A DNA stretch of 63,953 nt, the filler included, from Basidiobolus ranarum (Eukaryota), in the NCBI GenBank assembly GCA_040143965.1. It is 3 parts of 3 records of this genome, joined end to end, with 100 filler letters (N's around TTAATTAATTAA, not from the genome) between each part and the next. Parts side by side here need not be neighbours in the genome. Positions count along the whole stretch, not along the records: positions 22,261 to 44,350 come from JASJQH010007068.1; positions 44,451 to 63,953 come from JASJQH010007124.1; 1 more part is not named here. The stretch is one strand, 5' to 3'. The notes below the pieces were generated by a model that was not told the DNA's origin, did not search any database, and saw only the letters and a program-made list of their open reading frames with translations. A program made the position numbers and the translations under genes. This document shows, piece after piece, positions 40,619-51,880 of this stretch. The first letter of the stretch is position 1. Each line of letters opens with the position of its first letter.

Positions 40619-41577
40619 TTATATAGAAAACAACGAAAAACCGCTCAACGATGCAAGATAAGAATCGGGTTGAGGATCAGGATCAGGGCGAATGCTACTG
40701 TGAGGGCTAGGATGATACTGTTTGTAAGAGAATGAGGGTTCTGTTGGGGAGGTTAGTGTTACGGATATCTCAGAGGACCAAGTGGCTTCAGAACTGGTGG
40801 CTTCAGTTGTCCAAGCTATTGGGGACCTTTCGTAATTTGTACTATCCAACATTGACACCCCGTAGTGTATGGAGGTATAGTAATTGATTACATTCTCCAA
40901 AGTGATGATTTTCTCTCGGAGAACCGAACAATTCAAGCAGCTATCTAATGGTGCATTCATGTGCTTTGTCTCAAGCTCATGTTGAAATATTGGTCGTGTA
41001 TTGATGGATGAAGCTGATGAGAGCGGTGAGGGAAGTAACACCTGGCTGGCAGCTACTTGTGCCTTTGGGGCCAAACACTTGGAACTCACCTTGTAGTAAG
41101 GTCTTGACATGCGTTGGATTAAATAATACGAATCTGGTTCGTCTCGCTTGAAATGTTGATGTGCATATACTATTGCTGAGCTATCACTGCTTAGCTTAAT
41201 CTTTCGCCGATCTGATACCCGGTAGAAGCCATATATCTGCTCCTAGCGTTAGAATATTAAGGATGTTATAAGCTTTAACAAGTATGAATTACGTTTAATT
41301 GACGGGAGAATGAGGTGAATTTACTGGTCTCGTAGTATTGAGGAAGGACTTTCGAGGCAAGCTTCTTTGTATCTTGAATGATAAATGTGTCTCCTGATTG
41401 CTCCCAGAATATAATGTCCGAGAAATCGTTTTCGGCAAGCATACTAGATGGAAATTTGGACTTTAATGTATTGCTAGTGAAGATGTTGCAGTGACAGGGG
41501 TTCAAAAGTTAAGAGAATTACTTGCAAAGACTTCGCACAAAAGGAGCTACACGTAGGCGATATTTATCGGTTGGCAT
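40619..41577 (-). CDS. HSF-type DNA-binding domain transcription factor (exons 41577-41522, 41443-41293, 41236-40619; ~274 aa)
   Basis: Spliced APFVRSLCNML..DIIFWEQSGDTFII..LASKVLPQYYETSKFTSFSRQLN|IYGFYRV..YAHQHFKRD..LIQR is an HSF winged helix. It is followed by a short coiled segment (LREKIITLENVI) and an S/T/P-rich tail. Confidence 0.88.
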
Positions 41578-43154
41578 TTTGAAGTGGTACATTTACCCAA
41601 GATACCTGCTACCTTTATATACGATTGTAGGTTTGGCTACATTACTTTGCTTTTTTAATATTAAATGGATACGTGTCCATATCTTTTGTAATCTCATTAG
41701 TTGCCAAAGGCTCGGTATATGTCAGGAATGTGGAGCATCCAAGTGGTTACATATTGAGTGAATTAACTCATCTGCGGCAATGCTTTCAATTGCCATGAAT
41801 ACTTGATCTGTATACATATCTGATTATCCTATCCATTCGTATAACCCTACCCCTACCCTACCCCAGATTCCACTTTCTGAATAATCGACTGTCACATATT
41901 TTGACCCAACCCAAGCCCAATGATATAAAAGAGCTATAGAATACAACCATGTACATGCCAATGGTAAAAGCAAGCGTATTCAGCGGGAGCTGCAAGGAAA
42001 GAAAGCAGGGAAAGAAAGCAGGGAAAGAAAGCGAACCGGATTATTGTTCTCAAGTCCCTATCATCGCACACTACCTAGCATCAGATCTACCTGTTTGTAT
42101 GGAAAGAAGTCACTAATTGGATAAAAATGACACCATTTAAAGAAAGCTTCTACTAAGCAAGTGGATTGGCGCCGTTTGAAATATGTACTAGCTTTCACAA
42201 ATATTCTATCGATTGACATAGATAACCCGTCCAAGAAATATTCACATAGATAAAGCCTCTTACTATCATGGACTCTCACCAATCGTAACCATTATCATAA
42301 AATTGCAACAAATCATTGGTCCAATTGAGCAATATCTCCAATATCCAGCGGAGTCTCAAAGGTTTGCAATGCTGACTGCTAAATTTGATCGGTGAGAAAT
42401 AATTGTAAAGTTTTTGGCGTTGAGTCACAGTTTATTACTGCTGTCGTTATTAATGCTGTCTATGGAAAGGTTCACCGCTTTTCCGAATAAAAACATTGAT
42501 TGAGTGACCAACGGTGTTGTAGAAGGCTATCAGATAAGACAGTTACTGTTTATTTCCTGTCATAACTGCACCATCAACCTTCTCACGATGTCACTTGTGT
42601 TAAGCTTATTTGAGTCAAGGTTTTGTGCTAGATAGTGTATATGATATTGAATGGTTGGGTAAGTAATAACCCGCTTAATTTCGCTCCCTCGGTTTCAAAG
42701 AATCCTAATCGAACTTGTACAGTTCCGTCCTGATAGAACAAACAGATAGAACAAACAGGTAGAACAAACCATAGATATCGGAATTTCAGATTGCCTAGAT
42801 CGCGACCTAGACCGTTGTCCAGACCATGAAGTTTGCTGACTAACCGTAGTTATGTTAATACACAGGAGCGCCATATTTCTATTTTTATATATTTGCAGCT
42901 TCCTTTTTGATGTGTGCTCGTAATTAGAGATATATCAAGTAACCCTAAGTTTTATCGTGCTACAGCATTCCGAAACAATGGATGCAAGAAACATTGTGCG
43001 TTTTACTTAGTTCACTGTCAAGTATGAATACTCGCAACTCGCCGAGTGACAGGAAAACTTGCTGGGAATTTACTTGATTGAATTTTAATTGGACTCTCTT
43101 AAGTATTCTATACATTTGGATGTGGACAATTGAAGGCTCCAACAGGTGAAATCT

Positions 43155-43450
43155 GTTGAAATTAGTGTTGCCTAAACACCTATATAGTCCAGTATAGCTT
43201 AGTACTTGGTTTTCTTATATTTCACTAAGATATTATCCAGTATTCTCATGAGGAATTTACTTAGTAGTACTCAAATATATAGATTTTGATAACTTGTGCT
43301 AAAAGCCCCAAACTTTGCACACATGTTCCTGGGACCTTCCTTAACACATTCTAGATGCTAGTTTGCTTACATCTTGCCAAAACTATAAATGTCAACTGAA
43401 TACTCAATAAATTAATAAGTGAAAACCACCAATTTCTTTAACACTCCAAA
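43155..43450 (+). repeat. Dispersed repeat copy B, interrupted at 43450 by a TIR element
   Basis: Colinear with 57958-58252 up to ..CTCCAAA, where the TIR begins. Confidence 0.85.
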
Positions 43451-43737
43451 GGGTATAGATGTTCTGGTAAGGTTAAGGGAGGATAAGGATGAAAAGGAAC
43501 ATACTGTGGCAAGTTCAAGAGTTGGGGTGTTGGGGACTACAAGGACCAATACAAAGAGGGATGATGTACGGATGATCAGGTGACCTTCCATGGAAGGTCT
43601 TGGCGGAAATACACTATGTGTGGGATGACATGATTGGTTAGGTTTCATGGAATGTTCCAAAGAACATGACTTCCATATAAGGTAATCTGGATGAACTGAC
43701 TCAAGATTGCCAAGAAGGGATGGCACAGCAGATATGC

Positions 43738-44350
43738 TGTCATAATCTAATAATAGAGAAGTTCTATTTGTAGTGGATCAGTATGCCAAGATCATAATCA
43801 TGACAGTATCCCCTTCTTTAGTCATGGCTTCCAGACATCATAGGGCCAGGTTTTTCTGGGTAGGCTTCATGAAACTCCTGGCAAAGTTCCTTGGAATTAG
43901 AAAGATTTGTTGCTGGCTCCCACAATTGATCATTTGTTGAGTATCCCTTCCAGTCCACTAAATATTGCAATTTATGTTGATAAATTCTGGAATCTAGAAT
44001 TTTGCTAACTTCATATTCAGGGTGTTCTTCCACTTGGATTGCTGGGGGTGGGTCAATGGATCAGCCATGGAAGGTGTTTCTGCCATGTGGCTCTAAGAGA
44101 GACACATGGAATACATTATGGACTTTGAAATAGGCAGGGAGTTCAAGGCAGAAGGCTACTGAATTGATTTGCTTAATAATCTTAAAAGGCCCTTGTCTTT
44201 TATGATCAAGTTTATCACAAGGTCTAGTGGTTTTGATATTTTTCCGGAGTAGCTAAACATAATCTCCTGGCTTGAGATCTGGGCTTGGCTTTCTTTTCTT
44301 ATCAGCAAAGTTCTTGTATTGGGATTGAGCATGCTCCAACTCAGATATTG
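43738..44350 (-). mobile_element. Decayed Ty3/gypsy chromovirus 3' end: integrase GPY/F region, chromodomain, polypurine tract and LTR start
   Basis: [60 protein letters not shown] with two in-frame stops. The PPT AAAGAAGGGGATAC is followed directly by TGTCA at 43805. The far LTR boundary is uncertain. Confidence 0.92.
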
Positions 44351-44450
44351 NNNNNNNNNNNNNNNNNNNNNNNNNNNNNNNNNNNNNNNNNNNNTTAATT
44401 AATTAANNNNNNNNNNNNNNNNNNNNNNNNNNNNNNNNNNNNNNNNNNNN
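44351..44450. other. Assembly gap with artificial TTAATTAATTAA stop linker
   Basis: 44 N + TTAATTAATTAA + 44 N. Confidence 0.95.
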
Positions 44451-44856
44451 CCCCTCTTTTCATCCTTACCCTCCCTTACCCTTACCAGAACATCTATACC
44501 CTAACCCCTTCTTTGTTTTGTTTGAAATAAAGATTTCATCTGTTGGTGACTGTCTCCCCCTAACCCTTTGGAACATTGGGTAGTTGTGAACAACAATGAT
44601 ACTTTGAAACCTCTTTAGTATATTCCAATACTCTGAACTGAGTTGAGATTACAAGTTGCACATTTGCAAATCTTCCCAGTAAAATAAAAATATGCATGTA
44701 ACTAGTAACCCCAAATTTGGGGAGTCCATCTCTGTTATTTGATATGTGCATATTGCAACTCTCAAAAACGTGTGTAGTTGAGTATATTAAATGAACTAGA
44801 TTAATAATTTTATGATGACTGATACGAACATCTTTTCTGCAAATATGGATATATCA

Positions 44857-46824
44857 TCATAGAGTTATCTCTTGTGAGGCACTCATTTTCTTTTCATCTT
44901 CAGTGCTATCTGAAACGACAGAAGGTTGGTCTTTCGAGAACCATATTAACGTACATATCCCTACGATTGCCGACAAAATGCATCCAGCCATAGCCCATTT
45001 TCCCTTTGCCGTGAAGGTCCCGGGAAGAGGATTTGGTCCGGCTATATATCCACTGAGATCTAATCCTTGTTTGCCTACAGCATTTCCATTAGTTTTAATT
45101 CCTTGAGTGCTGCAAATGTCAAATGATTGTTGAGGAATCTTGATACTTTCTTGTATCTGCTGTGGTGCCTCAATGAACGTAGCAGTCAAACCAGCTTCAA
45201 AATGCCATTCAATGTGGCAATGAAATGGCCATATTCCAGGATTATCGTCGCGGAACCGAAATACTACATAGCCACCCCCAGGTACTTGAACGGTATCCCT
45301 ACGAACGGGATTTGTTTGCTCCTTCACTGGATTGGTAGTGTAGTCATACGCCCCAGCACCCGCAGCGCTACGTCCCATCACTTGAAATTGATGTCCATGC
45401 AGATGAAATGGGTGCTCATCACCATCCCAATTGTTGATTACCAACTCTATCATCTGGTTATGTTCGATAACTATAGGATTACTGTATTTGCCATAGACTC
45501 TCGGATCATCGGACAGCGCTCCCATACTAACTGCAGTAAACAGCGAGGGGACTTCCGGCGCTATGTACGTAACGTTGTTGAATAATGCCCGATTCATTCC
45601 GTTATCCATAACGTTGAAAAATACATTAAGAACTATTCGGTTGTCCGGAGGTGCTGAAGCAGCAGCAACTATTGGAACCATAGTGGTATCGTCAAACTCT
45701 GTGTCTGACTGTGTGGTATTTGGCGGCAAAGTATACAGAGGGGCATTGGCACTGTATGTTATAGTAGCATTGATATTAGGATTGAGATTTGGATTGGTAG
45801 CGGCAAACATTGAGACATCTATATCGGCATGCATAATGAAATTGTTGGCAGTAGAATTTTTAGTGCGTACCAATACGGAATACCGTTGGGCTGCAGTAAT
45901 CGGCAGAACCTTTATCGTCTGGGAAACAACGTCCACCCCGTCTGCCTCAATGATCTCCAAGTCATGCCCATCAATGCGAAAGTTGAACATGGAAAAAGCT
46001 GACATATTTATGATCCGTAAACGATAGACCTTTCCAGGGACAAAAGCAAAAGTGGCGTTTTGAGACCCATTAATCACACCAGCATCCGGGACTGGCTCAA
46101 CCCCTGTTGGGTTATAGATACTCAGATATTGGGACATGAGCACGCTATGTTCCTCATAGTACCAGTCGTATAACGCCACAATATATTCTGCGTCGTATGT
46201 ATAAACTTCTTTTTTGGCATGCAAGATAAGGGGGGCTCTCAGACCATCCACATATTGGCCAAGGTAGTGGCCATGTATCCAATAGGTTCCGGACTGCTGC
46301 ACAGGAATGTTATATGTGAAGTTTCCACCAGGCGGAATGGGGCTATAGAGATCGAAATTAGAAAGGCGTTATACTGGACATGTTTAGAAATCTTACCATT
46401 GATGAAACATAGCTGCCCCATCGAAATGGTTGGTTCCATTCTGCAGCAATCCGTGACAGTGGAGGGTGTTTCCTACATCAAGGGAATTATACTAGAAATC
46501 TGTTAAATTCGATTTCGATATATTTAACTTGCATATATCTCTTACCACATTCACTATCAGATTGTCGCCCATTGTTGCTTCCAAAGGAGGAACTCTGTAG
46601 TAGAAAATATAAAGCCATTGAGCATTTAATCATCAGGATATTATTAAGGGCACTGCTTACGGGAATTGCCCATTTACGCCGATAACTCTGCGAGGATGTC
46701 CTCCAGTTGGATCAATGCTATTAACATAGGTAATCTTCCAGTTGTAGACCACATCCGCAGCTTGGATACTTGAGGCCAATGCAGTAGCAGAAAGTAGTAA
46801 CTTCCAGAAGTACTTGTGCGACAT
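44857..46824 (-). CDS. FET3: Multicopper ferroxidase Fet3 (exons 46824-46661, 46594-46546, 46491-46397, 46342-44857)
   Basis: Signal peptide; Cu motifs LHCHG, YWIHGH, HPFHLHGH and FHCHIEWHFEAG; ferroxidase-type acidic residues in GVEPVPD and RRDT; C-terminal TM helix; divergent from FTR1. Confidence 0.93.
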
Positions 46825-46992
46825 GGCTTATTGTTCAACGAAATCCGCAGAACGATGAGTGTGAAGGATATGAAATCTAACCAAACTGCCAAGCGGATAT
46901 CAAGCGTTTAAATGGATCTGACGTTTTGCTGCTCTTGGATATTTTGATTTATGAACGTTATCGTCTGAGCATATACTCACTCTTTTCATTAT

Positions 46993-47001
46993 TTATCTGA
47001 T
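46993..47001 (-). promoter_or_regulatory. ATCAGATAA, matches the ATCWGATAA iron-responsive GATA-factor (SreA/Fep1/Urbs1-type) site
   Basis: TTATCTGAT on the plus strand, ~170 bp upstream of the FET3 ATG in the shared FET3/FTR1 promoter. Confidence 0.5.
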
Positions 47002-48650
47002 TCTCATAATTTTCATAGATCTTGATATCAATGAATTTGAGTGGTAGGAATGAAACTATTGTCGAATCAAGATAATGATGGAGCATTGATAAGATTGATT
47101 GAAACTATTAGGACTGTCAATTCAGATCGTGAAACTCACACATATCACGTGTATATATACTCTTGATAATTTAGCACAAATGGACGACAAGTTCATATCT
47201 AGGTCTGGTAATACGAGCCCATGGTCACTTCTCAGTAACCTGCAAGTACTTGGCCAAAGATGCAGATCAAATCACCCATCTACAATCGAGGTATTCGTTG
47301 ATAGTGGTATTTTGCTGCACAATAGCACCATGTTGTAGCCTGACTTTACTGCGATTTCAAACCCGACATACCCCTTGTACTATGTTTAGGCTCAACAAGA
47401 ATCTTAAACCCTAATGATCCGTGAGATTGGCTGCGACAGACTATCCTTAACACCGCAAATGCACTATACTGAGATAGAAGGGGCAGCTTATTCCGGTACT
47501 CCACCCCGAAATGCCCATATGAACTGTTGAGATCCAGATGAAACGCGAGCGCTGAGCAGTTATTGGCATCTGAGCCTATAAATGATTATGATTATGATTA
47601 TCGCTGATTGTGGCAATTTCAGAAATAATGAATGGGCCCAATTCTACCTAAAAAGGCTTCCAATATGGGATCGTGGAGCAGATGAGCAATAGGGGTGTCT
47701 GGGTTCTGAGATTTTGATTACCCAGTTCCTTATATGGCAACTATGTAAATATTTTGACCAATGATCAAATGGACTTAAAAGTTTAGGTTGTCATCTCCCG
47801 AACCTGATGTGGCCACTTGGTGCTCATTTAGGCTTCCAGCTTCATCTAGTCACCAGGATAGTCAGCTCCAAAAACAACTTGGGACACACCTCAGTAACCA
47901 TATATAAAAACTGCAATTGCAAGTAGGTATTTCGTGATTTTCCGCTCTGTAGACAGAAAATAAGATTCTCATTCAGGTTTCTCGGGGTCATGGTATATAT
48001 GCTTTGAGTGCAATATCTGCTCAGCATACAAGTGCAAGAATTAAATTGATAATTCAGAAATCAGTTGAGGCACATGATTATCATACTTGTTTTGGATTTA
48101 ATTAGGGACAAATGGTTCAAGCCAAACTTTCGGTCATTTGTATTCCCCTCCATGTGAATGAGCTGTTTACTTCATGGAAATGCTCATATCTATGTTATTG
48201 TTAGTGGCTGAGATCCTAGTTGATCAATTTACTAACGCCAGCTTTTGTTGGCAGGATGATACAACTGTGTGAAACCACAACACAAACATTCCCAGGTCTT
48301 GGATTCACTAATAGAAAGTGCTTGATCTTGGGGAGATAAGCGAGTTGTCTCGTCGCACCATCTGAGTGAGATTTCTCCGACTGTATTTCACTTCGAACTC
48401 AATGGGTTGTCAAGAAGACACCGACAAAGACCATTCATACTGATCTGATCACCTCCTTACAAATGAAACTCTGTTCATGGACGGCTCACGATTCTGGTAT
48501 GGTGTATAAATAAAATGTCAGGGTTGGTAGGATTTTTATCTATCACTGGTATATCCGTGAGAAGTAACAAAGACCCAACCTTGCTTGACTTCGTCATTCC
48601 TCCGCTTACAGCTCTGTTTACCGTGTGCATTCTCTTCCACGTTCTTTCAT

Positions 48651-49790
48651 ATGGCTCAGGATCTCTTCAGTATCCCAATATTTTTCATTCTCTTCCGAGA
48701 AACCACTGAGGCAGCTATCATTGTCTCTGTGTTGCTTTCCTTTCTTGCTCAAGTTTACCATGACGAACCGCAACTATATCGACGTCTAAGAAAGCAAGTC
48801 TGGCTTGGTACCCTAACGGGACTTCTAATAAGCTTGTGCATCGGTGGAGCGTTCATTGCTGTTTGGTATACTGTTGCCTCTAACTTATGGGGAAAGAGTG
48901 AAAAGTTATGGGAAGGTTGTTTCGGTTTAGTTGCGGTAATTATGATTACTGTCATGGGACTAGCCATGCTAAAAACGAACCAAATCCAAGAAAAATGGAA
49001 GAGAAAACTCGCCGATGCTATGAACAACAATGGTGCAAAAGGATTTCGTGCTAAATCACGAAAGTATGCATTATTCCTACTACCGCTCATTACTGTACTG
49101 AGAGAAGGTCTCGAGGGTGTTGTATTCATTGGAGGGATTTCCATAAGTGCACCTGCCAGCTCCATCCCAATTGCCGCAATTTGCGGAATTTTATGTGGAT
49201 GCTTACTTGGTTGGATTATTTTCAGGTAACAGTCATGATTATTCCTAACTGTTTGTCTTCATAGCATTAACTCTCTGTCAATAGGGGTGGCAACATTATG
49301 AAACTTCAGTGGTTTTTCGTTGCTTCAACATGTGTTTTATTTTTGGTGGCTAGTGGGTTGTTCTCCAGAGCTATAGGACTTTTAGAAGCCCATATCTGGG
49401 CGGTTCGTACCAATGCCTTAAATGTATCAACAGACGATGCTGGCGGTGTTACCTTCGATGTTCGTACAAATGTCTGGTAAGTATTTCACCTTCCTTCCGT
49501 AATCTCTTAATGGTTGATGCCAATTGAAGATACGTAGGTACCTTACTTGCTGTAACCCTGAGGATCCCAATCAAGGGGGATGGCAGATTTTCAACGCCAT
49601 TCTCGGGTGGAATAATGTGGCATCAATTGGTACAATTCTTGGCTACGTATTTTACTGGTTAGGAATTACTTTGTATCTTGTTTACCTAAAGATGCGCAAT
49701 CATCGTAGAGCCAGAAGAACATTTCCAGATGCCGATTCGAATCCTGATACGCTAGCCAAAACTGAGCATATTCAAGAAGTAACCGTGTAA
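48651..49790 (+). CDS. FTR1: High-affinity iron permease Ftr1 (exons 48651-49225, 49285-49476, 49538-49790)
   Basis: Two REXXE motifs (FRETTEAAII, LREGLEGVVF), multiple TM helices, and CCNP..GGWQIFNAILGWNN. Confidence 0.96.
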
Positions 49791-51493
49791 TGGATCATCT
49801 TTGGAATAGTCAATCCACAATTTTCAAATAGCATTATTTACTCATCCAAATCCATACCTGAGCCTTTACTTTTAATATTTTATGAGAAATGCGCACTGAG
49901 TAAGATCAGCCTGTTGATCCAAACATCATTAATGACCTCTTTTCCCCTAATATGTCAAATAACCATTTTCCATCCTAAAATTGATTAAACGAAATCCATT
50001 TGTTTCTTAATCTTTGAAGCTCTAAAGCCCCATACAACTCAATCCAAGAATTGCTTCAAGCTTGAATGAACTTAATTGTCAAGCGGATTAATTTTCTGAG
50101 ATTAACTGGGCTCATATGTTTAGTGTTGTACTAGAATCCTCACTTGATCTTAATCTGATGAGCAAATCGAAAATAGTTTTTTGTTGATCAAATCTGATAA
50201 GAATATAAGATACCAATTCCCATAATAAACTCTAAACTTCTCAACAATCGATCTACGATTAATCGAGTTCATACATGAAACTCTTTGGGTAGGTAGCTAA
50301 CCTTTACCTGCAAAATACCCTACTGTATGGAGTAACGATAGAGAGATTATCAATTCTAATAAAAGACGAATTAATGATGTTGTATATTCTTTATGTTTCG
50401 TCTTGGCTTTAAAGGAGCAAGATCACGAAAATAGTGCACCAAAATAGTAGAGATTTACTGGATATCATACTAGTTCTCATTCTTGGTTTCGAAGTTTTGA
50501 AATTTTCCCATTTTATAACTGGTGCTCCTAAACACGTAAAAAACTACACATAGAAGTATCAAATTCTAATGTTATATTATCTACTTTCTTGAAGTTCTCA
50601 TCAGTTGACATCAATGATATTTCGTCATGTTTTTTTTACAACTTACATGAATCTCAATGTTGGAAATTTTCAATGTCTGAAGAACATATTCTTCCTAGTT
50701 CAGGGTTAGTATTCTACATAGATTTCTGAACTTTCCTCAAGGTTCGTACTACAGTTGTGAACTTGTGAAAAGCGAATATTAAAAAGACATCACTGTCGAT
50801 GTAAAACACAACTGGATCTCAGCTCACAAGACTTCGATATATCTCAAGAATGTATAGAAGTACAAGGGTTAAATACTAAGGCAACAAAACAGTGCCTACT
50901 AAAGTTGTAGATAGATTATTTCTTTTTTAATAAAATGAAAAGAAATTCACAAATATCTTTAAAATCAAAGTGGTAAGGCCAGTGAAGAGAAAAGAAATTC
51001 AACAACGATAATCCTAATCTTTGGAGTAAAAATGGTTCTTGGTTAATTCATTCTAAACATAATTAACTTGATTAGATCTCATGCGAACAGTCCCTTGATT
51101 TCTCAAGGCCTATTATAACCAGACCTGTAGTCTGGAATTGGCAACAACTCGCTAAGAATGCATGTGAGCATGCATCCAATTACTCCACTCACAAGACTTA
51201 CAATGGAAGTATCATATATTCGAATCCGGCGCAGTTACGAAAATATTGACAATGCATATGAAAATTGATTTGTAAGGAAATGAAACAAGACTGGTTAACC
51301 CAACTACTTGGCAAATAAGAAACAGTTTGTACTAGCTAGCAGATACAACAATTGGTTGAAGAGATAGTCAGATGATCTCAACACGTAATAACCGAAGCAC
51401 AGAGAAGTCATAAATATATATATATATATTCGACGGTACTGGACTGCGAAAAGATAGTATTCTATTTTCTTTGTCTCTATCTCATCATATATA

Positions 51494-51880
51494 ATGTTGA
51501 AGTCATTTAAGTTCACCTTGTTCCTTGGGATCATTGCTCTAGCTTCGTTCCTTGTATCTGCTAGGGATTGTCCCAATCTGAAGCTTGAATTGCAAGATAA
51601 TGGCAATTCGGCTCAACTCCAAGACGCACAAGCGCACAGAAGTTACATCGTTTACTTTAAGCCCGATACGGACCTAGATGTTGTGCTTGACGCTGAAGCT
51701 GATGTTGAATGTTCTGGTGGTATCATTACTCATAGATATAGAGTTGGTGTGATTGGTTTTGCTGCTAAAGTTCCTGCCGATGTCATTACCACTTTTTCTA
51801 CATCCCCCCACGTCCAAGTGGTTGAAGAGGATCAAGAAATGAACACTTTTGAAGGCGGTGAAATGGGCTTTGGAATTTGA
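51494..51880 (+). CDS. Secreted stand-alone peptidase inhibitor I9 (subtilisin-propeptide-like), 128 aa
   Basis: Hydrophobic signal peptide, then YIVYFK..GGIITHRY..GFAAKV..PHVQVVEEDQ. No protease domain follows. Confidence 0.85.
   Translation: MLKSFKFTLFLGIIALASFLVSARDCPNLKLELQDNGNSAQLQDAQAHRSYIVYFKPDTDLDVVLDAEADVECSGGIITHRYRVGVIGFAAKVPADVITTFSTSPHVQVVEEDQEMNTFEGGEMGFGI

Larger units (their letters stand above)
43451..44501. mobile_element. DNA-transposon-like element bounded by 46-bp terminal inverted repeats (43451-43496 / 44456-44501), spanning the gap
   Basis: GGGTATAGATGTTCTGGTAAGG(T/G)TAAGGGAGG(A/G)TAAGGATGAAAAG matches at 44 of 46 positions. Flanks AAA / TAA are a possible 3-bp target duplication. 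Confidence 0.7.
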
